Below, in pieces: positions 48,588 to 58,377 of a DNA stretch of 64,000 nt (position 1 is the stretch's first letter; each line of letters opens with the position of its first letter). Source of the stretch: Alphaproteobacteria bacterium (GTDB lineage: Bacteria; Pseudomonadota; Alphaproteobacteria; UBA9655); the NCBI GenBank assembly GCA_020049895.1, contig JAGVLE010000011.1, positions 3,131-67,130 of the forward strand, in the 5' to 3' direction. Position numbers and translations under genes: made by a program. Under the pieces are notes generated by a model. The model had not been told where the DNA came from. It saw only the letters and a program-made list of their open reading frames with translations, and did no database searches.

Positions 48588-49500
48588 TTTCTTCTCCAAC
48601 TATTGAAATTTTCTTGATAAGTTCTGCGACTGTCTGTCTAGCATGATCCGCCCAATTTGGCAGGTCAACATTGAATGTTGATGTTATTTTTTTAGTATCT
48701 AGTTGAGAATTTTTTGGACGCTTGGCTGGCGTAGGGTAATTTTCAGAAACAGTTGGGGTAATGGAGTTTAAAGAAAGGTTGAGGGGCAAATGAGCGCCCT
48801 GCATTTCGCCAACAATAAAGTGTGCAATTTCGTACCAGTTTGTTTTCCCAGAGGGAGCAAGATTATAAATTCCATTTATATCTTCTTTCTTTACGTTATT
48901 TTCTTTTATGTGTTGAATGATGACGGCTGTTATATCAGCAATTAAGTTCGCACTCGTTGGCACGCCTATTTGGTCACTTACAATCTGAAGAGAATTTTTT
49001 TCTTGAGCTAATCTCATAATTGTTTTGATAAAATTATGTCCATGCGCGCTATAAACCCAACTTGTTCTAAAAATAAGATAATCACATCCGCTTGAAATAA
49101 TTTCTTCTTCTCCCGCAAGCTTACTTTTACCATACACATTAATAGGACAGGGTTGATCATCTTCGAGATAAGATCCCTCTTTGGTCCCATCAAAAACATA
49201 ATCTGTTGAATAATGAATGAGCGTAGCACCAACTACTTTTGCAGTTTCTGCAAGAACACCCACTGCTTTTGCATTAATAAGATAAGCTTTTTCAGCCTCT
49301 GATGCTGCTTTATCAACGTTGGTATAGGCTGCCGCATTGATAATAAAATCAGGACATGTCTCTTCTATAATTCTTTTTAAATAATCTAAATTTTCAAAAT
49401 TTGCGGTAGTTCTGTCGAGAGCAATCAGATCATGGAGTTTCTCGGAGCGCTGTAACGCTTCACCGACTTGTCCATTTTTTCCAAAAAGAAGTATTTTCAT
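48577..49500 (-). CDS. rfbD: dTDP-4-dehydrorhamnose reductase
   Basis: [25 protein letters not shown]-like region, [17 protein letters not shown]. Confidence 0.92.
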   Translation of the reverse strand: MKILLFGKNGQVGEALQRSEKLHDLIALDRTTANFENLDYLKRIIEETCPDFIINAAAYTNVDKAASEAEKAYLINAKAVGVLAETAKVVGATLIHYSTDYVFDGTKEGSYLEDDQPCPINVYGKSKLAGEEEIISSGCDYLIFRTSWVYSAHGHNFIKTIMRLAQEKNSLQIVSDQIGVPTSANLIADITAVIIQHIKENNVKKEDINGIYNLAPSGKTNWYEIAHFIVGEMQGAHLPLNLSLNSITPTVSENYPTPAKRPKNSQLDTKKITSTFNVDLPNWADHARQTVAELIKKISIVGEENDK

Positions 49501-50564
49501 ACTGCATATCTCGTCTTAATCCAATCTTGATAAGAGCCATTTGTTACATTTTTGACCCATTCCTCATTTTCAAGATACCACTTAACCGTTTTATAAACTC
49601 CTGTTTCAAACGAAAGAGACGGTTTCCATCCAAGTTCTTTCTCAAGTTTTCCAGCATCAATAGCGTATCGTCTATCATGCCCAGCTCGATCTTTTACAAA
49701 GGTAATTAGCTCTTTATAGGAAAGGCCATCTGCTCGTGGTTTCAAATCATCTAAAATGTCGCACAATGTATTGACTATTTCGATGTTTGTTTTTTCATTG
49801 AGGCCACCAATATTATATGTTTCTCCAATTCTTCCTGATTTTAAGATCAGTCGAATAGCCGAACAATGATCTGAAACAAAAAGCCAATCGCGAACATTGA
49901 GCCCATCGCCATAAATAGGGAGAGATTTATTAGATAGAGCATTGTGGATAATAAGAGGGATGAGTTTTTCGGGGAATTGATAGGGACCGTAATTATTAGA
50001 ACAGTTTGTTGTCAAAACGGGCAATCCGTAAGTGTGATGGTAAGCCCGTACAAGATGATCTGATGCTGCTTTACTTGCGCTGTAAATGCTGTTTGGCTCA
50101 TATTTAGTTGTTTCTTTAAATGCCGGATCATCCATTGCAAGAGATCCATAAACCTCATCTGTAGAAACATGAAGAAATCTAAAGTTTTCTTTTTGCTCTG
50201 CGGATAAAGTTCTCCAATAAGCATAAGAGGATTCTAAAAATCGAAAAGTAGAAACAATATTTGTTTGAATGAATTCTTCAGGGCCATCAATCGAACGATC
50301 TACGTGAGATTCTGCAGCAAAATTAATAATCGCGCGTGGAGCGTATTTTTGAAGGAGAGTATCAACAAGATTTTTATCCCCTATATCCCCATGAACGAAA
50401 ACATGTTCTTTACTATCTTTCACGGAGGAAAGATTATTCATATTTCCTGCATAAGTAAGCTTGTCAATATTTATAACCTTCTCGTTTTCAAGAGAAGCCC
50501 AATCTATAATAAAATTTGATCCGATAAATCCGCATCCGCCAGAAACTAAAATAGTCATTTTCAT
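49497..50564 (-). CDS. rfbB: dTDP-glucose 4,6-dehydratase
   Basis: ILVSGGCGFIGSNF, STDEVYG, YSASKAASDHLVRAY. The ATG at 50564 is preceded by AAAGAGGA and overlaps the stop of the upstream GT2 gene (ATGA). The longer ORF reaching 50645 is unlikely. Confidence 0.93.
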   Translation of the reverse strand: MKMTILVSGGCGFIGSNFIIDWASLENEKVINIDKLTYAGNMNNLSSVKDSKEHVFVHGDIGDKNLVDTLLQKYAPRAIINFAAESHVDRSIDGPEEFIQTNIVSTFRFLESSYAYWRTLSAEQKENFRFLHVSTDEVYGSLAMDDPAFKETTKYEPNSIYSASKAASDHLVRAYHHTYGLPVLTTNCSNNYGPYQFPEKLIPLIIHNALSNKSLPIYGDGLNVRDWLFVSDHCSAIRLILKSGRIGETYNIGGLNEKTNIEIVNTLCDILDDLKPRADGLSYKELITFVKDRAGHDRRYAIDAGKLEKELGWKPSLSFETGVYKTVKWYLENEEWVKNVTNGSYQDWIKTRYAV

Positions 50565-51499
50565 ATCCTCTTTAGCGAGAAGGCTAGAAATAAAGCAATG
50601 TTTTGCACAATCGATTGTCGATATATTCTTAACTTCCAAAACCAAAAAATTCTTTTTATAAGTCCCTTGCTTCTTGCTTCTTTAAAGCAATCAAATACCT
50701 TTCTGTTTTCTTCCGTCATAAGGTGTTGAATTTTTTCAAGAGCTGAAATGTTTTCATCAGTCCATTTTCGAAAAGTTCCATTAACTAAGAGATAAACTCG
50801 GCGTACTCGAGAAAAAAAACTCCTATTTTCTCCCATCAAATTGTTTCCGTGCTGGCGATATTTTAAACTTGCATGAGAATCATAGAAAACAGTTCCACCA
50901 ACAGCTGAAACAAATAGGTACGATAACCAGTCATGAGAAAAAATTGTATTATCTTTTGCGATATGGTTTACAATTAAATCACGTGCTTTTCTATTCAAAA
51001 CCATTGTATTTCCAGGAGCAACCGTTTGAATCAAAGCATTTTTGAAATTTGGTTTGGTGTTGAATAAAGTGGACAACCCTGTGTCTTCGCCATGTTCATT
51101 TATAAAAGACGTTCTGGACCCATAAAGAGAGGGCCCACTTTTCTGAGCAGCTTTCATATAGTTTAACGCTCGTTCTATTTTATTGTCTTCCCAGATATCA
51201 TCTTGATCGGAAAACGCATAATAATCAGCATTGATTTTTGGATTAGATAAAAGCGAAAAAAAATTGGCGGCAAACCCTTTCCCAGGGCCTTTGAAAAAAT
51301 GAACGGAGGCATTTTCCCAACCTTTCGTTCTTTTTTTTATAATAGCCTTTGATCCGTCATCAATGCCATCAATACTTACCCACAAAGAAATGTTTTTGTA
51401 TGTTTGCCGAACAATTGAATCGATTTGTTCTTCTATAAATTTTTCTCCATTATAGCAGCACAAGAGAACGGCAACGTTTTCATTTGTTTTAACATCCAT
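50561..51499 (-). CDS. family 2 glycosyltransferase (rhamnosyltransferase-like)
   Basis: VAVLLCCYNGEKFIEEQIDSIVRQTY...VSIDGIDDGS and a DQDD motif (FSDQDDIW). It is the first gene of the minus-strand cluster. Confidence 0.85.
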   Translation of the reverse strand: MDVKTNENVAVLLCCYNGEKFIEEQIDSIVRQTYKNISLWVSIDGIDDGSKAIIKKRTKGWENASVHFFKGPGKGFAANFFSLLSNPKINADYYAFSDQDDIWEDNKIERALNYMKAAQKSGPSLYGSRTSFINEHGEDTGLSTLFNTKPNFKNALIQTVAPGNTMVLNRKARDLIVNHIAKDNTIFSHDWLSYLFVSAVGGTVFYDSHASLKYRQHGNNLMGENRSFFSRVRRVYLLVNGTFRKWTDENISALEKIQHLMTEENRKVFDCFKEARSKGLIKRIFWFWKLRIYRQSIVQNIALFLAFSLKRI

Positions 51500-51680
51500 T
51501 TTTATAAAAACATCCTGGGTTAGACAAAAAAATGTTTAGAAAATAGCAAGTAATTATTCTATAAAAAATCATTTAAATCGTATAACATTTTTTTTAATTT
51601 ATCAAATAAAAAAGAAATCAAATCACTCTTCGATAAGGTTTGAATTTCTTCTGTCCTAACGGCATACAAGGGTGAACTTT

Positions 51681-51713
51681 ATTCTTGACTAAATTAGTCG
51701 GGAATCATATATA
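51681..51713 (+). promoter_or_regulatory. putative iscR promoter with an overlapping IscR type-1-like operator
   Basis: TTGACT (51685-51690), 17 nt spacer, TATATA (51708-51713). The perfect inverted repeat GACTAA-A-TTAGTC (51687-51699) within ATTCTTGACTAAATTAGTCGGGAAT resembles my recollection of the IscR type-1 consensus (ATAsyyGACTrwwwyAGTCrrsTAT). Confidence 0.5.
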
Positions 51714-51722
51714 TAAGGTATC

Positions 51723-52139
51723 ATGAAATTAGGAACAAAAGGCCGATACGCTGTCATGGCGCTGGTAGATCTTGCCTATTATGGGAAAGGGAAGCCACTA
51801 CCTTTGACTGAGATTGCAACACGCCAGGCCTTGCCTCTTGCGTATTTAGAGCAATTATTCGCTAAGCTTCGCCAAAAAGAGTTTGTCGCGAGTACGCGGG
51901 GTCAGCAGGGGGGGTATACTCTTGCACGCAATCCCGAGACAATCCGAATTGCAGACATTTTAGAAGCTATTGAAGAACCTTTAGAAACAACGCGTTGTCA
52001 TAAAGGGTCTAAAATGGGGTGCTTGGGAACAAAAGGTCGCTGTTTAACCCATGATTTGTGGGCAGGATTGCAGCAAAATATGCAGCAGTATTTAAATGGA
52101 ATTTCTTTAGCGGATGTATGTCAACAAGGTGGTCAATGA
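51723..52139 (+). CDS. iscR: Rrf2-family Fe-S cluster assembly regulator IscR
   Basis: MKLGTKGRYAVMALVDLA, an HTH region, and cluster-ligand cysteines (TTRCHKGSKMGCLGTKGRCLTH). Confidence 0.88.
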   Translation: MKLGTKGRYAVMALVDLAYYGKGKPLPLTEIATRQALPLAYLEQLFAKLRQKEFVASTRGQQGGYTLARNPETIRIADILEAIEEPLETTRCHKGSKMGCLGTKGRCLTHDLWAGLQQNMQQYLNGISLADVCQQGGQ

Positions 52140-53218
52140 TTTATTTAGATTATAATGCTTCTGTTCCGTTGCGTTCTGCAGCGAAAGAAGCGTTGCTTAA
52201 GACTCTAGCCTTTGTGGGGAATCCTTCCTCTCCTCACCAAGCGGGGCGTCACTTACGCTCGCTTGTAGAAGAGGCTCGCACAGAGATTTTAAAAGGGTTA
52301 GGTGGAAAACGCCTCGTTTTTACCAGTGGTGGAACTGAGGCGAATGTTCTGGCTTTATCGAGTGCGAAAGAAACCCCCGTTATTGTTTCTAGCATTGAGC
52401 ACGAATCCGTTCTAAAGGCGGTCGAGGCTCCTTATACAGTTCCTGTCCTGCGTACAGGTGTGATTGATTTAGAAGCCCTTGAGAAGTTGCTCACATCTTT
52501 TGAGAGACCAGGGCTGCTCTCTGTGATGCTTGTGAACAACGAAACAGGGGTTATTCAGCCCATGAAGGAAGTTGCTCGATTGGCGCATGCAAAGAGATGG
52601 AAAGTCCATACCGATGTTAGCCAAGCCATTGGCCATCTGCCGTTTTCCTGTGAGGACTTGGACGTTGATATGATGACCCTTTCCTCTCATAAATGTGGAG
52701 GCCCTGTTGGTGTAGGTGCCCTTATTTTGCGAGAAGCAGGCCACGTGATGCCTCTTATTCGAGGAGGCGGCCAAGAATATGGAATACGTGGAGGAACGCT
52801 TGCTGCTCCCCTTATTGTGGGATTTGCCGCGGCTGTAAACGAAGCTATAGGGGAAGATATGTCTTCTTTAAAGAAGCTCCAGCAAAAAATTGAAAAGGCC
52901 CTTCCTGATGCTATTATGTATGGCAAAGAAAGCCCTCGTACGGCTCATGTTGCGTGTATAGGGATGCCAATGGTGTCATCAGATCTTCAACTCATGGCTT
53001 TTGACTTAAAAGGTATTGCCGTGAGTGCAGGCGCCGCTTGTTCTTCAGGAACGATGAAGTCGTCTCATGTGCTTGCCGCTATGGGGGTTTCAGCTCTTGA
53101 AGCAGGGTGTGCTATTCGTGTCAGTATGGGATGGAACACACAATCCTCTGATATTGATGCTTTTATTGATGAGTGGAACATAATTTATGGAGCTCGACGG
53201 CTCAAGGAGGCCTCATGA
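52136..53218 (+). CDS. NifS-like class V aminotransferase / cysteine desulfurase (first of two)
   Basis: [34 protein letters not shown] (PLP lysine), SAGAACSSG (catalytic Cys). The ATG at 52136 overlaps the iscR stop (ATGA). Confidence 0.88.
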   Translation: MIYLDYNASVPLRSAAKEALLKTLAFVGNPSSPHQAGRHLRSLVEEARTEILKGLGGKRLVFTSGGTEANVLALSSAKETPVIVSSIEHESVLKAVEAPYTVPVLRTGVIDLEALEKLLTSFERPGLLSVMLVNNETGVIQPMKEVARLAHAKRWKVHTDVSQAIGHLPFSCEDLDVDMMTLSSHKCGGPVGVGALILREAGHVMPLIRGGGQEYGIRGGTLAAPLIVGFAAAVNEAIGEDMSSLKKLQQKIEKALPDAIMYGKESPRTAHVACIGMPMVSSDLQLMAFDLKGIAVSAGAACSSGTMKSSHVLAAMGVSALEAGCAIRVSMGWNTQSSDIDAFIDEWNIIYGARRLKEAS

Positions 53219-54429
53219 GAAATCGGCCGATTTATTTAGACTATCAAGCGACAACTCCCTGCGATAAACGGGTTGTAGAGCGTATGCTTCCTTATTTTAC
53301 GGAAGACTTTGGGAATCCTCATTCACGTAGCCATGCTTATGGATGGAGCGCGGAAGAGGCCGTGGAAGCGGCGCGTTCCCAGGTTGCCTCTATTATTAAT
53401 GCGGATGAAAAAGCTGTTATTTTTACAAGTGGGGCCACGGAGTCCAACAACCTTGCGCTCAAAGGCGTAGCGCATTTTTATAAAGACCAGAAAAACCATA
53501 TTATTACATGCGCAACAGAGCATAAATGTCTGCTGGATAGCTGCCGCCGCTTAGAGCAAGAAGGCTTTAAAGTGACCTATCTTCCTGTTCAGCCCAATGG
53601 GCTTATTGATCTCGAAGACCTTAAGGCAGCGATAACAGACAAGACAGTCCTTGTCTCTATTATGGCTGTGAATAATGAAATTGGGGTGATTCAGCCGCTT
53701 GCAGAGATTGGAAAGATTTGCAGAAATGCAGGCGTTTTCTTTCACACAGATGCCGCTCAAGCTGTGGGAAAAATTCCCATTGATGTTGAGGCGATGAACA
53801 TTGATCTTCTCAGTATTTCTGCCCACAAAATTTATGGCCCCAAAGGAATTGGGGCGTTGTATGTGCGTCGCAAGCCAAGGGTGCGCTTGCTTTCCCTGAT
53901 TAGTGGAGGAGGGCAAGAGCGTGGCATGCGTTCTGGAACGTTGTCTCCTGCACTTTGTGTAGGTTTTGGGGAAGCTTGTGTTCTTGCCCAAAAAGAAATG
54001 GCCTCCGAGGCTTTACGCTTGAAGGCTTTGCAGAAACGTTTTTATGAAGAGATCACAAAAGAACTTGATGAAGTTTATCTCAATGGAGATCTTGATCAGC
54101 GGATTCCTGGGAATCTCAACCTTAGCTTTGCCCACGTGGAAGGAGAAGGGTTGATGATGGGAGTTAAAGAATTAGCGGTTTCTTCAGGCTCGGCATGTAC
54201 GTCCGAATCTCTTGAGCCCTCTTATGTTTTACGTGCCCTGGGTGTAGAAGAAGAAATGGCTCACACGAGTATCCGTATTGGATTTGGACGATTTACGACA
54301 GAAGAAGAAATGGATTTTGCTCGTGAAAAACTTGTAAAAGAAGTGAAACGTTTGCGGGAAATGAGCCCTCTTTGGGAAATGAGCCGCGAAGGGATTGATT
54401 TAAAATCTATTCAGTGGGCAGCTCACTAA
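53215..54429 (+). CDS. iscS: cysteine desulfurase IscS
   Basis: [59 protein letters not shown], and the C-terminal SPLWEM. The ATG at 53215 overlaps the preceding stop (ATGA). Confidence 0.93.
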   Translation: MRNRPIYLDYQATTPCDKRVVERMLPYFTEDFGNPHSRSHAYGWSAEEAVEAARSQVASIINADEKAVIFTSGATESNNLALKGVAHFYKDQKNHIITCATEHKCLLDSCRRLEQEGFKVTYLPVQPNGLIDLEDLKAAITDKTVLVSIMAVNNEIGVIQPLAEIGKICRNAGVFFHTDAAQAVGKIPIDVEAMNIDLLSISAHKIYGPKGIGALYVRRKPRVRLLSLISGGGQERGMRSGTLSPALCVGFGEACVLAQKEMASEALRLKALQKRFYEEITKELDEVYLNGDLDQRIPGNLNLSFAHVEGEGLMMGVKELAVSSGSACTSESLEPSYVLRALGVEEEMAHTSIRIGFGRFTTEEEMDFAREKLVKEVKRLREMSPLWEMSREGIDLKSIQWAAH

Positions 54430-54451
54430 TAAACACATAAGGAGACGAAAA

Positions 54452-54841
54452 ATGGCGTATTCAAAGAAAGTTATTGATCACTACGAGAATCCCCGGAATG
54501 TTGGGGGGCTTGATGCGACTGATCCGCTTGTTGGAACAGGACTTGTCGGAGCGCCTGCTTGTGGAGATGTGATGAAGCTTCAAATTAAGGTTAATGATGA
54601 GGGCATCATTGAAGATGCAAAATTTAAGACGTTTGGATGTGGCTCTGCGATTGCCTCAAGTTCTCTTGTTACGGAATGGATTAAAGGAAAATCCATAGAA
54701 GATGCAGCCACCATAAAGAATACAGAGATTGCCCAGCACCTGTCTTTACCGCCCGTCAAACTTCACTGTTCGATGTTAGCAGAAGATGCTATTCGTGCGG
54801 CTATTGAAGATTATAAAAAGAAGCAAAAGATAGCGGCATGA
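54452..54841 (+). CDS. iscU: Fe-S cluster assembly scaffold IscU
   Basis: YENPRNVG, GAPACGDVMKLQIKV, FKTFGCGSAIASSS, LPPVKLHCSMLAEDA. Confidence 0.95.
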   Translation: MAYSKKVIDHYENPRNVGGLDATDPLVGTGLVGAPACGDVMKLQIKVNDEGIIEDAKFKTFGCGSAIASSSLVTEWIKGKSIEDAATIKNTEIAQHLSLPPVKLHCSMLAEDAIRAAIEDYKKKQKIAA

Positions 54842-55173
54842 GTCAGCCTGTTCTTACTCTTACGGAAGCGGCAGCAGCTCGCATCAAAACTCTGCTAGAG
54901 AGCCGAGGAAAACCTACCTATGGCATTCGTATTGGTGTGCAAACCAAGGGATGTTCTGGTCTGGCGTATGTGCTTGAGTTTGCTGAAGAAGCGGGAGCTT
55001 ATGATGAGAAAGTGGAAGCTCATGGGGTAAGTGTGCTCATTGATCCTAAAGCGGTGATGTTTATTTTAGGATCCTGCATGGATTATGTGGAAGATAAAAT
55101 GTCTTCTGGCTTTATTTTTAAAAACCCTAATGAAAAGGGCCGCTGTGGGTGCGGAGAATCCTTCCGTGTTTGA
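54838..55173 (+). CDS. iscA: iron-sulfur cluster assembly protein IscA (HesB family)
   Basis: GCSGLAY...FKNPNEKGRCGCGESF, the C-terminal HesB signature. Confidence 0.9.
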   Translation: MSQPVLTLTEAAAARIKTLLESRGKPTYGIRIGVQTKGCSGLAYVLEFAEEAGAYDEKVEAHGVSVLIDPKAVMFILGSCMDYVEDKMSSGFIFKNPNEKGRCGCGESFRV

Positions 55174-55597
55174 TCCTTTTTCTCTTTTAGGGCTTGAGAA
55201 GACTTATTTTTTAGAGGCCAGAGATTTGGAAAAAGCTTATTTTGAAGCTCAAAAGAAAACGCATCCGGATCAATTTGCGCAAGCCTCTCTAGAGATACGC
55301 CAAGAGGCGTCTCGTCAATCAACAGCCGTCAATCAGGCCTATCTTTCATTAAAAAATCCCCTGGCTCGGGCCGAGTATTTAGTCGGTGGTAAACAAGAAA
55401 GTCTCCCTGATCCCGATTTTTTAGAGAAGATCATGGTTTGGAAAGAACAGAAAGAAGCAGGAACGTTAGATTTAGAAGAGGTGAAAGTCACTGAAAGACA
55501 TCTCTTCCAAGAGATAGAACAGGCCTTTAGGGATAATAAGCTAGAGACTGTCAGGATGGCTCTACCTGAGCTTCGGTATGTAACGAGCGTATTGTGA
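55166..55597 (+). CDS. hscB: Fe-S assembly co-chaperone HscB (J-type)
   Basis: J-domain pattern (FSLLGLEKTYFLEARDLEKAYFEAQKKTHPDQF) followed by a helical C-domain. The GTG at 55166 has GGAG 9 nt upstream. The ATG at 55130 and the GTG at 55145 are alternatives. Confidence 0.8.
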   Translation: MFDPFSLLGLEKTYFLEARDLEKAYFEAQKKTHPDQFAQASLEIRQEASRQSTAVNQAYLSLKNPLARAEYLVGGKQESLPDPDFLEKIMVWKEQKEAGTLDLEEVKVTERHLFQEIEQAFRDNKLETVRMALPELRYVTSVL

Positions 55598-55710
55598 GAG
55601 AATAACCAATTAGGAAATTTGACATATTTTATCTCTTATTTAAAATGGGAGAGAACTTATAAAAACACCATCCTTGTGCCAACGTGTATTAATTAAGAAA
55701 TTATAAAACC

Positions 55711-57150
55711 ATGCTCCTTCAAATCACAGAACCCGGCAGTCCCCGTCCTCCTCCCGTGGGCCTTGTGGTCGGCATTGACCTAGGTACAACCCACTGTGTT
55801 GTCGCTCATGTTAAAGAGGGAAAGCCACATGTCTTTGGTTTTGAAGGAGAAGGTCCGCTTGTTCCTTCTTTATTGACCTTGGAGGATGAGAAGTTACAGG
55901 TAGGGGTAGACTTAGGGAAAACCTTAAGTTCTACAAAACGGTTGATGGGAGAAGGCGCAAAAAAACTACCCCTAGGAGACTATTCTTTTACTCCCGTTGA
56001 AGTGGCTGGTAAAATTCTTGAACACCTTAAAAGTCTCATTGAGCGAATAGGTCCGCTTACGGCTGCTGTCATAACAGTTCCTGCTTATTTCGATGAAGCC
56101 GCTCGCGTTGCTACCAAGCAAGCAGCAGCCCTTGCAGGAATTAAGGTCTTGCGGCTTCTTAATGAGCCAACGGCAGCAGCATTGGCTTATGGTCTAGAGA
56201 CAGGCGCTGAGGGGATTTATGCGGTCTATGATTTGGGGGGAGGGACGTTTGATATTTCCCTTTTGAAACTCGAAAAGGGTGTCTTCCAAGTTCTGTCCAC
56301 CGGCGGAGATCTTCAGCTGGGTGGAGACGATATTGATGACGTTTTAGCTGTTTCCAAAGGATTGTCTCGCAAACAAGCCCGAAAAATAAAAGAACAATTG
56401 ACGTCATGCGAAGAATGGGAGGGGGTCCATCGCTCAGAACTGGAGGCGATAGCAGACCCTTTCGTTCGTAAAACACTGACGATTAGCCAAGATGTTTTGC
56501 AGGCAGCAGGCCTTTCGCCAGAAGCTGTACAAGGTGTTGTGCTTGTGGGGGGAATGACGAGGATGCCTTGTGTACAGGCCCAGGTAGAAGCTTTTTTCAA
56601 AAAGCCCCCCTTGATGGATATTAACCCCGACGAAGCTGTTGCTTTGGGGGCTGCTCTTTCTGCTGACGGGCTGACCCATGGTTCTAAAACACTTTTGCTT
56701 GACGTAACGCCTCTTTCGTTGGGACTAGAGACAGCGGGGGGGCTTATTGAGAAAATTCTTCCCCGTAATACCCCCTTACCAGCTTTAGCCTCTGAAGAGT
56801 TCACAACTCAAGCAGACGGACAGGGAGGGATGGTCATTCACGTGCTCCAAGGAGAACGAGAATTTGTCCAAGATTGTCGATCGTTGGCCTGCTTTGAGCT
56901 GAAGGGGCTGCCCGCATTGCCCGCGGGGGCTGTCAGAGTGCGGGTTGACTTTGCAATTGATGTGGAAGGACTTTTAACCGTGACAGCTGTTGAAAAAACA
57001 ACAGGGCTCTCTCACCATATTGAAGTGCGTCCTTCTTACGGATTAGATGGAAAAACATTGGAGAAGATGCTAAAGGAGAGTCAAAGATTTGGAAAAGAAG
57101 ATGTCCAAAACCGAGTAAAAACAGAAGAAACCCTACATAATAAGCATTAA
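55711..57150 (+). CDS. hscA: Fe-S assembly Hsp70 chaperone HscA (short form lacking most of the helical lid)
   Basis: GIDLGTTHCVVA, VITVPAYFDEAAR, DLGGGTFDISLL, VLVGGMTRMP, NPDEAVALGAA, DVTPLSLGLET. The ORF ends about 30 aa after VRPSYGL, at 479 aa. Confidence 0.88.
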   Translation: MLLQITEPGSPRPPPVGLVVGIDLGTTHCVVAHVKEGKPHVFGFEGEGPLVPSLLTLEDEKLQVGVDLGKTLSSTKRLMGEGAKKLPLGDYSFTPVEVAGKILEHLKSLIERIGPLTAAVITVPAYFDEAARVATKQAAALAGIKVLRLLNEPTAAALAYGLETGAEGIYAVYDLGGGTFDISLLKLEKGVFQVLSTGGDLQLGGDDIDDVLAVSKGLSRKQARKIKEQLTSCEEWEGVHRSELEAIADPFVRKTLTISQDVLQAAGLSPEAVQGVVLVGGMTRMPCVQAQVEAFFKKPPLMDINPDEAVALGAALSADGLTHGSKTLLLDVTPLSLGLETAGGLIEKILPRNTPLPALASEEFTTQADGQGGMVIHVLQGEREFVQDCRSLACFELKGLPALPAGAVRVRVDFAIDVEGLLTVTAVEKTTGLSHHIEVRPSYGLDGKTLEKMLKESQRFGKEDVQNRVKTEETLHNKH

Positions 57151-57153
57151 GAT

Positions 57154-58038
57154 ATGCCAAATACATCATCTCCTCTTTTTCCCCTCATTCTTTTGTGTTT
57201 AGGAAGTATTTTGATTGGTGGGTCAGCTGTATTTGTGCGCTTCTCAGACTTAGGGGCTCTCCCAACAGGGTTTTATCGCATGCTTTTCTCGTTACCACTG
57301 CTTGCCCTTTGGATGCAATGGGATAAGCGTGAAGGAGTTTCTCATCATGAGCTTTTTAGGAAAGGAAAAATAGAAATCGTACTTGCAGGGTTTTTCTTTG
57401 CTCTTAACCTTGTCTTGTGGAATTATTCCGTCCGATACACGACTGTAGTAAATTCTACGCTTTTGAATAATACGGCAGCTTTTTTTGTTCCTCTTACCTT
57501 ATGGATTATCTTTAGAGAAAAGCCTTCTTTTAGAATAATATGTGCAGCGTCAATTGGGTTTTTAGGAAGTGCTTTCCTTGTGGGGGAAAGCTTCTCTATA
57601 AGTTATGACAATCTTTTAGGAGATATTATTTCTCTTTTTACAGGACTTCTCATTTCTTTTTATTTAGTTGCGTTAAAACAAGTGCGGGCTAAATCTTCAA
57701 CAGGATTTCTCATGTTTTGGACAGCATGTTGTGCTACTTTTTTCTTATGGCTCTTTTCTTACTGTGGAGGTGGCTCTCTCTGGCCTGTTACCGGAAAAGG
57801 ACTGTTGAGTGGGCTGGGACAAGCGGTGTTTGTTCAAGTGTTTGGCCAAGGATTGATCGCTTATTCCTTGGGAAAAATTTCTGCAACCTCTGCGAGCATT
57901 GTGCTCTTCTTAGCACCCCTCACAAGCGCTGTTTTAGGGCTGGTTGTGTATGGAGAAAATTTGAGCCACTTTAAGTTATTTGGGATGGCATTTATTATGT
58001 TAAGTATTGTTTTTATGAGGGAGAAGAAGACCCCATGA
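57154..58038 (+). CDS. EamA/DMT-family transporter
   Basis: 294 aa with ten hydrophobic spans in two similar halves. It starts 3 nt after the hscA stop. Confidence 0.85.
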   Translation: MPNTSSPLFPLILLCLGSILIGGSAVFVRFSDLGALPTGFYRMLFSLPLLALWMQWDKREGVSHHELFRKGKIEIVLAGFFFALNLVLWNYSVRYTTVVNSTLLNNTAAFFVPLTLWIIFREKPSFRIICAASIGFLGSAFLVGESFSISYDNLLGDIISLFTGLLISFYLVALKQVRAKSSTGFLMFWTACCATFFLWLFSYCGGGSLWPVTGKGLLSGLGQAVFVQVFGQGLIAYSLGKISATSASIVLFLAPLTSAVLGLVVYGENLSHFKLFGMAFIMLSIVFMREKKTP

Positions 58039-58364
58039 CGTATGTTGTCACCGAAGCTTGTATCAAGTGTAAGTATACGGACTGTGTGGAAGTTTGTCCG
58101 GTTGATTGCTTTCATGAAGGGGAACACATGCTTGTGATTGATCCTCAAACTTGCATTGATTGTGGAGTCTGTCAGATAGAATGTCCCATACAAGCCATTA
58201 GCCCAGATACACAACCAGGAATGGAAAAATGGGTAGAAATGAATGCAGAGTATGCCAAGGTCTGGCCTGCTATCACCTGGCCAAAAACGCCGCTTCCTGA
58301 AGCAGAAAAATGGGCAACAGTGACAAACAAGTATCCTGAGCATTTTAGTCCAAAGAAAGCTTAG
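58035..58364 (+). CDS. fdxA: 7Fe ferredoxin (3Fe-4S + 4Fe-4S), FdxA type
   Basis: [29 protein letters not shown]...[16 protein letters not shown] overlap with the transporter gene. Confidence 0.9.
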   Translation: MTYVVTEACIKCKYTDCVEVCPVDCFHEGEHMLVIDPQTCIDCGVCQIECPIQAISPDTQPGMEKWVEMNAEYAKVWPAITWPKTPLPEAEKWATVTNKYPEHFSPKKA

Positions 58365-58377
58365 ATGAGGTGGCAGA

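Noticed and set aside
58035-58364. Whether the ferredoxin gene could be the missing nuoI
   Set aside because: The 109-aa product starts [26 protein letters not shown], which is the FdxA 7Fe type. NuoI is about 160 aa with two CxxCxxCxxxCP motifs in a different context.
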